From Yuukianura sp. NJ FZ-2021 (taxonomy: Eukaryota): a stretch of DNA of 64,000 nt. How positions within the stretch are numbered: position 1 is the stretch's first letter; the number at the start of each line of letters is the position of its first letter. Shown piece after piece: positions 37,485 to 49,800 of this stretch. Made by a program: the position numbers and the translations under genes. A model generated the notes under the pieces. The model was not told where the DNA came from. It saw nothing but the letters and a program-made list of their open reading frames with translations, and did no database searches. Where the stretch lies: positions 7,812,001 through 7,876,000 of the forward strand of contig CM102284.1 in the NCBI GenBank assembly GCA_046563655.1. Reading direction: 5' to 3'.

Positions 37485-37910
37485 TTAACAATTAGCAAAA
37501 GTAGTTTGCGACTTTGTGGTTTTGCCAGTGTTGGTCCGTCCGTCTGTCTGCCTGTGTACAAGTCTGCCAAGTCACAATAACTCTGGCACCACTGTACCAA
37601 TTTCTGGCCTGTTTTCACACATAGATTCCTCAACGTCTGAAAGTGTGTATACTGAAGACTTTCTAATTTATAAAATGGGCAAAATACGAAACAAATGGCA
37701 ATTGCATAAAGCGAAAACGACAATAGGACCTCAGAGTAAGAAATTTCTCTAACTACTTTTGTACAATTGCCTTTTGTTTCGTATTTTGCCCATTTTATAA
37801 ATTAGAAAGTCTTCTGTAAATGATTTTCACGGTTCGACCGAAAGGAAATAAAATCCAGGTTGTGCACTCAATTTTATTTCGCTACTTTAATACTGCCTTT
37901 AGAACGGTCC
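37485..37910 (+). mobile_element. Old HINE-like element, paralogous to 29580-29814, with a nested MITE
   Basis: GTCCGTCCGTCTGTCTG microsatellite; shares TTCCTCAACGTCT and TTCGCTACT blocks and both flanks with the 29580 element. Boundaries are approximate. Confidence 0.5.
37652..37816. mobile_element. Short Tc1/mariner-type MITE (TA TSD, ~55-bp TIR)
   Basis: TA|CTGAAGACTTTCTAATTTATAAAATGGGCAAAATACGAAACAAA ... TTTGTTTCGTATTTTGCCCATTTTATAAATTAGAAAGTCTTCTG|TA. Confidence 0.88.
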
Positions 37911-38067
37911 AATAAATATTATAGTAGCTTATTGGTACCAAATGATAGTTCCAGGATTGTGTCAAGGTTGTACTTTTGCATAACATTGTATTCACACCCC
38001 ATTCGCGACGAATCATGCATATTCAATGTGTGAAAAAACTTCGAGACATGTAATCGCTAAAGTACTA

Positions 38068-38294
38068 CAGAGGAGTCTCTAACTTAGAAAATGTGTAAAA
38101 TACAAAACAATTGGATGTGCAGAATACAAAACTTGTAACGTTAACAATTAGGGTAGGACAAAATTAAACCAAAATGGCAAATGTGTGTATTTTGCAATGA
38201 CATAGGACCTCACAGTCAAAAATTTCCTATCCCCATTTGTGCAATTGCCATTTGTTTTGTATTTTGCATATTTTCTAAGTTAGAGACTCCTCTG
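38068..38294. mobile_element. Tc1/mariner-type MITE related to 37652-37816 (TA TSD)
   Basis: TA|CAGAGGAGTCTCTAACTTAGAAAAT ... ATTTTCTAAGTTAGAGACTCCTCTG|TA; shares the internal ATAGGACCTCA block. Confidence 0.88.
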
Positions 38295-38296
38295 TA

Positions 38297-40545
38297 TTAA
38301 ATTTTACAACGCTTGCCAATCCCCAAGGATGAGGATTGCATGGAAAAGATGAGCTGGGAATCCCAGCTCATTTCCGTGAATGGCCTAACACACGTATTAG
38401 GTAACCACAAACCAAAGTAACTAAGTAACTTAACTAAATATGCACAATACTTAACGAAGAATGTAGGAATAGCAATTTCAGCAACAAATAAAATAAGACA
38501 GATCAGTGTAAATACGGAGTGCACAATAAAAACTCCAAGCAGTAGACCACTTCCCCCACGAGAGTCGCTCAAGTAGATTTCCCGGTAAATTTTGAATTGC
38601 TAGAAATTTTTCAACTTTTTTCTTAAGTTTGGATTCAACTGTTTCTGGACCTTTCAAAATGTAGTAAAACAGTCCAGAATGTATCAAAGACTGGAATTGT
38701 CTGTGCACATGCCCAGAGCGTTCAAAGGCCATTGACCTCATGATCCAATACGTGTTGTAGGAAAAGTACTTTTCTTTGCCGTAGTACAATTTCTTAGACG
38801 CTTTAGGATCCAGTTGTACTATATCCAAAAAAGTTTTTCCTAAGCCCATTTCATCGTCTATGTAAATTTTGTTGTCACACTTGATAATTTCTCGTAGAAG
38901 CTCGTTTGGTTCATTTCTATTTTTCACAAAAACTGGTGCAATACTTTCCACCAATTTCGGAAATATTTTATTTATAATGTTCAAATTACATGGGAAGAAT
39001 GCCCGGGCGTGAAGAAACGCTCCTCGGATAAAAGCATTTACATGTGTTACATTCGTAACAAACCACCAGTTGTACGCCATTCGTTCAGTATAGTTCAACT
39101 GCTCAACTTCCCGCAAGTGACTTGTCTCATTATCTGGCATTTCATGTGGAATTGCAACTTTAAATTTTCCCGCCAGAGCGTCATTGACTGATTCAGGCTT
39201 AGTAGTTGGTAGTGGCGCGGTTAAGTCGGCTGTTACCTCAGAACGATACAGGTTTGACAAAGTTACCAAAATTAACGCAAGTGTAGCCAAGAAAGATTTG
39301 AGAAAATAGATTTTGGTTAACGTTCCAAAAAACTGAATGTTTTGTTCAAATAGCAATCGAATAACAATAAAGATGTGGTTGGCTGTAGAACGTTTGTATC
39401 GAACTACTGCAAACATAAAATAAAGAACAGCTATAAGTGACGTCAAAAGACAAATCCAGAGGTCAAGTTTAAAAAGTCGTGTGAATGCTAATAGACTAAC
39501 AAATTTTTCTGCACCGGCGCAAGTAAAAAAGTTAAACTGATGAGTGTTTTGGTGGTAAATATTGCTGTATTGTGGTATCTGTTGTACTACTATACCAAGT
39601 ATGTCAGCAATTTGTGGTAACGCATCAACGTATCATTCAAATGCGTTGCATGGTTTTTAATAAAATGCTCTCTCCCTTCGCATATTTCCGTTCTAATTTC
39701 ATTACGTTTAGATCCAAATTTGATTTTGATGTTGATTGGTTGAGATCACAAGTTACACTTTTTAAAATATTTGTATAAATTGGATTAGGCGCATAAGGAC
39801 CGTGTTGATGTGCATTCCCTCCGGGTGAAACCGAATAATTTCGGAATTCAGATTCCTGAATTAACCATACCTAGGGACATGCATGGAGTAGAATTTTTGT
39901 CAATTCAGTATCGAGTAGGGACCGAGATGGGATTTGCACAACATTTGTAGATATATTGGTCGTGTGTAGAGCATAAGTAATGCACGGAGCTGGGGAAATT
40001 GTTGTCACTTCGGCAACATTGTTGGAAATATGGTAAAGAAATACAGGTGCCAAAAGTATTTGCCATCCGTTATCACACTTTTCAAAGTGCTTTTGCACTT
40101 TACTACTCATTTTGTTAAGGTGTAGCCATACAAAGTAAACGTTTCGGCCGTAACACGTTGGTCTATTTGTTTTGTCGTAGAAGTCGCACTCCAAACGCCA
40201 TCCGAGTAGAATTGGAAGTAAACAAAGCTGCGCAGTAGGAATTTCGTGAACAAAATTTAAAACTAGTACGCATGCATGATTTTTTATCAATTTACTAACT
40301 TGCAACGAGGTAAATGTAGAACTAATTTGGGTTTCGTTTTGTGGTAGCACGATTAGATGAATGGGTTGATGTGAAAAGTATTTCAATTCAAAATTTACTG
40401 TAGCCTGTCTCACGACAATTACATGGCAGTAGTCGTATCAAAGATTTTCAAATTTAGTTAATTGTTGTAAGTTGGTGGAAGATGTGGAGATAATGTTTGT
40501 AAAACTTATGAAAATTTTGAAAAGTTGGTACAATGACTTCATCAT
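38297..40545 (-). pseudogene. IR-like paralogue 5: multiply disabled
   Basis: Start MMKSLYQLFK; TGA for Gly at 40438-40 (FENL*YDYCH); TAG after HACP at 39871-3; frameshift near 39630-39650; extra G in LSWG near 38555. The 3' end is uncertain. Confidence 0.85.
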
Positions 40546-40892
40546 TTTAGTTTTATAAATAGTTCGGCCTCTACCTGTCCACTGCACACTGAAGTGTAAA
40601 CACATGTGTGGTAAGCCAAAAAAAAAACTGCCCTTGGTTTGAATTTTGCATTTGAATTTCTAGTTTTAATTGATCATTTACTGTTCGTTGGATTGTTTGT
40701 TTTTGAATTTTGTGTTTCAAAGTTTACACTTTTCAATTTTTTCAATAAATATTATAGTAGCATAGTGGCACAAAATGATACGTCAAGAGTTGTGTCGAGG
40801 TGGCAATTTTCGAGAACATGAATAACTATTTTCGTGTCGATAGTACGTAAGTTTGCCAAATAAGTTACTACAAAGCGCATTTTTTAAAGCGC

Positions 40893-43800
40893 AGATTGGT
40901 TCACTTCAGATTGGCTATCCGAAGCAAAATATCGGAGTGCAATTTTCAGTTCTCAGATAGCTCAGAATGACTTTTTGGGGAGTTTTGAATGAAAATAATT
41001 AATTTTTTGACAAAAATTGAGCTTGGTTCACTTCAAATGTGCTTTCCGAGGCAAAATATCGGAGTGCAATTTTCAGTTCTCAGAAAGCTCAGAATGACTT
41101 TTTGGGGAGTTTTGAATGAAAATAATTAATTTTTTGACAAAAATTGAGATTGGTTCACTTCAGATTGGCTTTCCGAGGCAAAATATCGGAGTGCAATTTT
41201 CAGTTCTCAGAAAGCTCAGAATGACTTTTTGGGGAGTTTTGAATGAAAAAGAATGAATTTTTTGACAAAAGTTGAGCTTGGTTCACTTCAGATGGGCTTT
41301 CCGAGGCAAAATATCGGAGTGCAATTTTCAGTTCTCAGAAAGCTCAGAATGACTTTTTGGGGAGTTTTGAATGAAAAAGAATGAATTTTTTGACAAAAGT
41401 TGAGCTTGGTTCACTTCAGATGGGCTTTCCGAGGCAAAATATCGGAGTGCAATTTTCAGTTCTCAGAAAGCTCAGAATGACTTTTTGGGGAGTTTTGAAT
41501 AAAAAAAAATTGATTTTTTGACAAAAATTGAGATTGGTTCACTTCAGATGGGCTTTCCGAGGCAAAATATCGGAGTGCAATTTTCAGTTCTCAGATAGCT
41601 CAGAATGACTTTTTGGGGAGTTTTCAATGAAAAAAAAATTAATTTTTTGACAAAAATTGAGCTTGGTTCACTTCATATGGGCTTTCCGAAGCAAAATATC
41701 GGAGTGCAATTTTCAGTTCTCAGATAGCTCAGAATGACTTTTTGGGGAGCTTTGAATGAAAAAAATGGATTTTTTGACAAAAATTGAGATTGGTTCACTT
41801 CAGATGGGCTTTCCGAGGCAAAATATCGGAGTGCAATTTTCAGTTCTCAGAAAGCTCAGAATGACTTTTGGGGAGTTTTGAATGAAAAAAATTAATTTTT
41901 TGACAAAAGTTGAGCTTGGTTCACTTCAGATGTGCTTTCCGAGGCAAAATATCGGAGTGCAATTTTCAGTTCTCAGATAGCTCAGAATGACTTTTTGGGG
42001 AGTTTTGAATGAAAAAAAAATTAATTTTTTGACAAAAATTGAGATTGGTTCACTTCAGATGGGCTTTCCGAGGCAAAATATGAGTGCAATTTTCAGTTCT
42101 CAGAAAGCTCAGAATGACTTTTTGTGGAGTTTTCAATGAAGAAAATAGATTTTTTGACAAAAATTGAGATTGGTTCACTTCAGATGGGCTTTCCGAGGCA
42201 AAATATCGGAGTGCAATTTTCAGTTCTCAGAAAGCTCAGAATGACTTTTTGGGGAGTTTTGAATGAAAACGAATCAGTGTTGCTGGATGCTTAAACGTCC
42301 AGTGGCTTAATTGCCACTTCCACTGGATATCCAGTGGAAGAAACGGGGTCCTACTGGACGGTGGATGGATGAAATCAGCTGAGCTTAAAAACTCATCGCG
42401 GATTTCAAATAAATTTAAATTAAATATGATGAAATAGTTTAATTAAGTATTTAAACCACTTTTGCTTGATTGGTTTCGTTATTTAGAACTTAATTTAGCA
42501 TTATTTGCGGTTGTTTTTGTTGTGTTGTTAATTTGTTTCCACCCTTTTTATCAAAATATTCATACCCCGCGGGCAAAGCTCCGAGCCTTTGGATTTATCC
42601 ATTTCGTCCATTTCTTCCACTGGATATCCAGCCATGGATGAAATGTCAAAAAAGTGGATATCCAGCAACACTGAAAAGAATGAATTTTTTGACAAAAGTT
42701 GAGCTTGGTTCACTTCAGATGTGCTTTCCGAGGCAAAATATCGGAGTGCAATGCAATTTTCAGTTCTCAGAAAGCTCAGAATGACTTTTGGGGAGTTTTG
42801 AATGAAAAAAATTAATTTTTTGACAAAAGTTGAGCTTGGTTCACTTCAGATGTGCTTTCCGAGGCAAAATATTGGAGTGCAATTTTCAGTTCTCAGATAG
42901 CTCAGAATGACTTTTTGGGGAGTTTTGAATGAAAAAGAATGAATTTTTTGACAAAAGTTGAGCTTGGTTCACTTCAAATGTGCTTTCCGAGGCAAAATAT
43001 CGGAGTGCAATTTTCAGTTCTCAGATAGCTCAGAATGACTTTTTGGGGAGCTTTGAATGAAAAAATGGAATTTTTTGACAAAAATTGAGATTGGTTCACT
43101 TCAGATGGGCTTTCCGAGGCAAAATATCGGAGTGCAATTTTCAGTTCTCAGAAAGCTCAGAATGACTTTTTGGGGAGTTTGGAATGAAAAAAAAATTAAT
43201 TTTTTGACAAAAATTGAGATTGGTTCACTTCAGATGGGCTTTCCGAGGCAAAATATCGGAGTGCAATTTTCAGTTCTCAGAAAGCTCAGAATGACTTTTT
43301 GGGGAGTTTTCAATGAAAAAAATGGATTTTTTGACAAAAATTGAGATTGGTTCACTTCAGATGGGCTTTCCGAGGCAAAATATCGGAGTGCAATTTTCAG
43401 TTCTCAGAAAGCTCAGAATGACTTTTGGGGAGTTTTGAATGAAAAAAAATTAATTTTTTGACAAAAGTTGAGCTTGGTTCACTTCAAATGTGCTTTCCGA
43501 GGCAAAATATCGGAGTGCAATTTTCAGTTCTCAGATAGCTCAGAATGACTTTTTGGGGAGTTTTGAATGAAAAAAAAATTAATTTTTTGACAAAAATTGA
43601 GATTGGTTCACTTCAGATTGGCTTTCCGATGCAAAATATCGGAGTGCAATTTTCAGTTCTCAGATAGCTCAGAATGACTTTTTGGGGAGTTTTGAATGAA
43701 AAAAATTAATTTTTTGACAAAAATTGAGCTTGGTTCACTTCATATGGGCTTTCCGAAGCAAAATATCGGAGTGCAATTTTCAGTTCTCAGATAGCTCAGA

Positions 43801-46800
43801 ATGACTTTTTGGGGAGCTTTGAATGAAAAAAATGGAATTTTTTGACAAAAATTGAGATTGGTTCACTTCAGATGGGCTTTCCGAGGCAAAATATCGGAGT
43901 GCAATTTTCAGTTCTCAGAAAGCTCAGAATGACTTTTTGGGGAGTTTTGAATGAAAATATTTAATTTTTTGACAAAAATTGGGATTGGTTCACTTCAGAT
44001 GGGCTTTCCGAGGCAAAATATCGGAGTGCAATTTTCAGTTCTCAGAAAGCTCAGAATGACTTTTGGGGAGTTTTGAATGAAAAAAATTAATTTTTTGACA
44101 AAAGTTGAGCTTGGTTCACTTCAGATGTGCTTTCCGAGGCAAAATATTGGAGTGCAATTTTCAGTTCTCAGATAGCTCAGAATGACTTTTTGGGGAGTTT
44201 TGAATGAAAAAGAATGAATTTTTTGACAAAAGTTGAGCTTGGTTCACTTCAAATGTGCTTTCCGAGGCAAAATATCGGAGTGCAATTTTCAGTTCTCAGA
44301 TAGCTCAGAATGACTTTTTGGGGAGCTTTGAACGAAAAAAAATGGAATTTTTTGACAAAAGTTGAGATTGGTTCACTTCAGATGTGCTTTCCGAGGCAAA
44401 ATATCGGAGTGCAATTTTCAGTTCTCAGAAAGCTCAGAATGACTTTTTGGGGAGTTTTGAATGAAAATAATTAATTTTTTGACAAAAATTGAGATTGGTT
44501 CACTTCAGATGGGCTTTCCGAGGCAAAATATCGGAGTGCAATTTTCAGTTCTCAGAAAGCTCAGAATGACTTTTGGGGAGTTTTGAATGAAAAAAATTAA
44601 TTTTTTGACAAAAGTTGAGCTTGGTTCACTTCAGATGTGCTTTCCGAGGCAAAATATTGGAGTGCAATTTTCAGTTCTCAGATAGCTCAGAATGACTTTT
44701 TGGGGAGTTTTGAATGAAAAAAATTAATTTTTTGACAAAAATTGAGCTTGGTTCACTTCAAATGGGCTTTCCGAGGCAAAATATCGGAGTGCAATTTTCA
44801 GTTCTCAGAAAGCTCAGAATAACTTTTTGGGGAGTTTTGAATGAAAAAGAATGAATTTTTTGACAAAAGTTGAGCTTGGTTCACTTCAGATGGGCTTTCC
44901 GAGGCAAAATATCGGAGTGCAATTTTCAGTTCTCAGAAAGCTCAGAATGACTTTTTGGGGAGTTTTGAATGAAAAAGAATGAATTTTTTGACAAAAGTTG
45001 AGCTTGGTTCACTTCAGATGTGCTTTCCGAGGCAAAATATCGGAGTGCAATTTTCAGTTCTCAGATAGCTCAGAATGACTTTTTGGGGAGTTTTGAATGA
45101 AAAAGAATGAATTTTTTGACAAAAATTGAGCTTGGGTCACTTCAGATGTGCTTTCCGAGGCAAAATATCGGAGTGCAATTTTCAGTTCTCAGAAAGCTCA
45201 GAATGACTTTTTGGGGAGTTTTGAATGAAAATAATTAATTTTTTGACAAAAATTGAGCTTGGTTCACTTCAGATGTGCTTTCCGAGGCAAAATATCGGAG
45301 TGCAATTTTCAGTTCTCAGATAGCTCAGAATGACTTTTTGGGGAGTTTTGAATGAAAAAGAATGAATTTTTTGACAAAAGTTGAGCTTGGTTCACTTCAA
45401 ATGTGCTTTCCGAGGCAAAATATCGGAGTGCAATTTTCAGTTCTCAGATAGCTCAGAATGACTTTTTGGGGAGCTTTGAACGAAAAAAAATGGAATTTTT
45501 TGACAAAAATTGAGATTGGTTCACTTCAGATGGGCTTTCCGAGGCAAAATATCGGAGTGCAATTTTCAGTTCTCAGAAAGCTCAGAATGACTTTTTGGGG
45601 AGTCTTGAATGAAAAAAAAAGATTTTTTGACAAAAATTGAGCTTGGTTCACTTCAGATGTGCTTTCCGAGGCAAAATATCGGAGTGCAATTTTCAGTTCT
45701 CAGAAAGCTCAGAATGACTTTTGGGGAGTTTTGAATGAAAAAAAAATAATTTTTTGACAAAAGTTGAGACTGGTTCACTTCAGATGTGCTTTCCGAGGCA
45801 AAATATCGGAGTGCAATTTTCAGTTCTCAGAAAGCTCAGAATGACTTTTTGGGGAGTTTTGAATGAAAATAATTAATTTTTTGACAAAAATTGAGATTGG
45901 TTCACTTCAGATGGGCTTTCCGAGGCAAAATATCGGAGTGCAATTTTCAGTTCTCAGAAAGCTCAGAATGACTTTTGGGGAGTTTTGAATGAAAAAAATT
46001 AATTTTTTGACAAAAGTTGAGCTTGGTTCACTTCAGATGTGCTTTCCGAGGCAAAATATTGGAGTGCAATTTTCAGTTCTCAGATAGCTCAGAATGACTT
46101 TTTGGGGAGTTTTGAATGAAAAAGAATGAATTTTTTGACAAAAGTTGAGCTTGGTTCACTTCAAATGTGCTTTCCGAGGCAAAATATCGGAGTGCAATTT
46201 TCAGTTCTCAGATAGCTCAGAATGACTTTTTGGGGAGCTTTGAACGAAAATGGAATTTTTTGACAAAAATTGAGATTGGTTCACTTCAGATGGGCTTTCC
46301 GAGGCAAAATATCGGAGTGCAATTTTCAGTTCTCAGAAAGCTCAGAATGACTTTTTGGGGAGTTTGGAATGAAAAAAAATGGAATTTTTTGACAAAAATT
46401 GAGATTGGTTCACTTCAGATGGGCTTTCCGAGGCAAAATATCGGAGTGCAATTTTCAGTTCTCAGAAAGCTCAGAATGACTTTTTGGGGAGTTTTCAATG
46501 AAAAAAAAAGATTTTTTGACAAAAATTGAGCTTGGTTCACTTCAGATGTGCTTTGCGAGGCAAAATATCGGAGTGCAATTTTCAGTTCTCAGAAAGCTCA
46601 GAATGACTTTTTGGGGAGTTTTGAATGAAAAAAAAATAATTTTTTGACAAAAGTTGAGATTGGTTCACTTCAGATGGGCTTTCCGAGGCAAAATATCGGA
46701 GTGCAATTTTCAGTTCTCGGATAGCTCAGAATGACTTTTTGGGGAGTTTTCAATGAAAAAAATGGAATCTTTTGACAAAAATTGAGATTGGTTCACTTCA

Positions 46801-49800
46801 GATGTGCTTTCCGAGGCAAAATATCGGAGTGCAATTTTCAGTTCTCAGAAAGCTCAGAATGACTTTTTGGGGAGTTTTGAATGAAAATAATTAAAATTTT
46901 GACAAAAATTGAGATTGGTTCACTTCAGATGGGCTTTCCGAGGCAAAATATCGGAGTGCAATTTTCAGTTCTCAGAAAGCTCAGAATGACTTTTTGGGGA
47001 GTTTTGAATGAAAAAGAATGAATTTTTTGACAAAAGTTGAGCTTGGTTCACTTCAGATGGGCTTTCCGAGGCAAAATATCGGAGTGCAATTTTCAGTTCT
47101 CAGAAAGCTCAGAATGACTTTTTGGGGAGTTTTGAATGAAAAAGAATGAATTTTTTGACAAAAGTTGAGCTTGGTTCACTTCAGATGTGCTTTCCGAGGC
47201 AAAATATCGGAGTGCAATTTTCAGTTCTCAGAAAGCTCAGAATGACTTTTTGGGGAGTTTTGAATGAAAATAATTAATTTTTTGACAAAAATTGAGATTG
47301 GTTCACTTCAGATGGGCTTTCCGAGGCAAAATATCGGAGTGCAATTTTCAATTCTCAGAAAGCTCAGAATGATTTTTTGGGGAGTTTTGAATGAAAAAAA
47401 TGGATTTTTTGACAAAAATTGAGATTGGTTCACTTCAGATGGGCTTTCCGAGGCAAAATATCGGAGTGCAATTTTCAGTTCTCAGAAAGCTCAGAATGAC
47501 TTTTGGGGAGTTTTGAATGAAAAAAAATTAATTTTTTGACAAAAGTTGAGCTTGGTTCACTTCAAATGTGCTTTCCGAGGCAAAATATCGGAGTGCAATT
47601 TTCAGTTCTCAGAAAGCTCAGAATGACTTTTGGGGAGTTTTGAATGAAAAAAAAATAATTTTTTGACAAAAGTTGAGACTGGTTCACTTCAGATGTGCTT
47701 TCCGAGGCAAAATATCGGAGTGCAATTTTCAGTTCTCAGAAAGCTCAGAATGACTTTTTGGGGAGTTTTGAATGAAAATAATTAATTTTTTGACAAAAAT
47801 TGAGATTGGTTCACTTCAGATGGGCTTTCCGAGGCAAAATATCGGAGTGCAATTTTCAGTTCTCAGAAAGCTCAGAATGACTTTTGGGGAGTTTTGAATG
47901 AAAAAAATTAATTTTTTGACAAAAGTTGAGCTTGGTTCACTTCAGATGTGCTTTCCGAGGCAAAATATTGGAGTGCAATTTTCAGTTCTCAGATAGCTCA
48001 GAATGACTTTTTGGGGAGTTTTGAATGAAAAAGAATGAATTTTTTGACAAAAGTTGAGCTTGGTTCACTTCAAATGTGCTTTCCGAGGCAAAATATCGGA
48101 GTGCAATTTTCAGTTCTCAGATAGCTCAGAATGACTTTTTGGGGAGCTTTGAACCAAAAAACTGGAATTTTTTGACAAAAATTGAGATTGGTTCACTTCA
48201 GATGGGCTTTCTGAGGCAAAATATCGGAGTGCAATTTTCAGTTCTCGGAAAGCTCAGAATGACTTCTTGGGGAGTTTTCAAGGAAAAAAAAAAGATTTTT
48301 TGACAAAAATTGAGCTTGGTTCACTTCAGATGTGCTACCCGAGGCAAAATATCGGAGTGCAATTTTCAGTTCTCAGATAGCTCAGAATGACTTTTGGGGA
48401 GTTTTGAATGAAAAATATGTATTTTTTGACAAAAGTTGAGATTGGTTCACTTCAGATGGGCTTTCCGAGGCAAAATATCGGAGTGCAATTTTCAGTTCTC
48501 GGATAGCTCAGAATGACTTTTTGGGGAGTTTTCAATGAAAAAAATGGAATCTTTTGACAAAAATTGAGATTGGTTCACTTCAGATGTGCTTTCCGAGGCA
48601 AAATATCGGAGTGCAATTTTCAGTTCTCAGAAAGCTCAGAATGACTTTTTGGGGAGTTTTGAATGAAAATAATTAAAATTTTGACAAAAATTGAGATTGG
48701 TTCACTTCAGATGGGCTTTCCGAGGCAAAATATCGGAGTGCAATTTTCAGTTCTCAGAAAGCTCAGAATGACTTTTTGGGGAGTTTTGAATGAAAAAGAA
48801 TGAATTTTTTGACAAAAGTTGAGCTTGGTTCACTTCAGATGGGCTTTCCGAGGCAAAATATCGGAGTGCAATTTTCAGTTCTCAGAAAGCTCAGAATGAC
48901 TTTTTGGGGAGTTTTGAATGAAAAAGAATGAATTTTTTGACAAAAGTTGAGCTTGGTTCACTTCAGATGTGCTTTCCGAGGCAAAATATCGGAGTGCAAT
49001 TTTCAGTTCTCAGAAAGCTCAGAATGACTTTTTGGGGAGTTTTGAATGAAAATAATTAATTTTTTGACAAAAATTGAGATTGGTTCACTTCAGATGGGCT
49101 TTCCGAGGCAAAATATCGGAGTGCAATTTTCAGTTCTCAGAAAGCTCAGAATGACTTTTTGGGGAGTTTTGAATGAAAAAGAATGAATTTTTTGACAAAA
49201 GTTGAGCTTGGTTCACTTCAGATGTGCTTTCCGAGGCAAAATATCGGAGTGCAATTTTCAGTTCTCAGAAAGCTCAGAATGACTTTTTGGGGAGTTTTGA
49301 ATGAAAATAATTAATTTTTTGACAAAAATTGAGATTGGTTCACTTCAGATTGGCTTTCCGAGGCAAAATATCGGAGTGCAATTTTCAGTTCTCAGAAAGC
49401 TCAGAATGACTTTTTGGGGAGTTTTGAATGAAAAAGAATGAATTTTTTGACAAAAGTTGAGCTTGGTTCACTTCAGATGGGCTTTCCGAGGCAAAATATC
49501 GGAGTGCAATTTTCAGTTCTCAGAAAGCTCAGAATGACTTTTTGGGGAGTTTTGAATGAAAAAGAATGAATTTTTTGACAAAAGTTGAGCTTGGTGCACT
49601 TCAGATTGGCTTTCCGAGGCAAAATATCGGAGTGCAATTTTCAGTTCTCAGATAGCTCAGAATGACTTTTTGGGGAGTTTTGAATGAAAAAGAATGAATT
49701 TTTTGACAAAAGTTGAGCTTGGGTCACTTCAGATGTGCTTTCCGAGGCAAAATATCGGAGTGCAATTTTCAGTTCTCAGAAAGCTCAGAATGACTTTTTG

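Noticed and set aside
27667-39778. Plus-strand ORFs overlapping the IR genes
   Set aside because: Antisense shadows of the minus-strand coding sequences.
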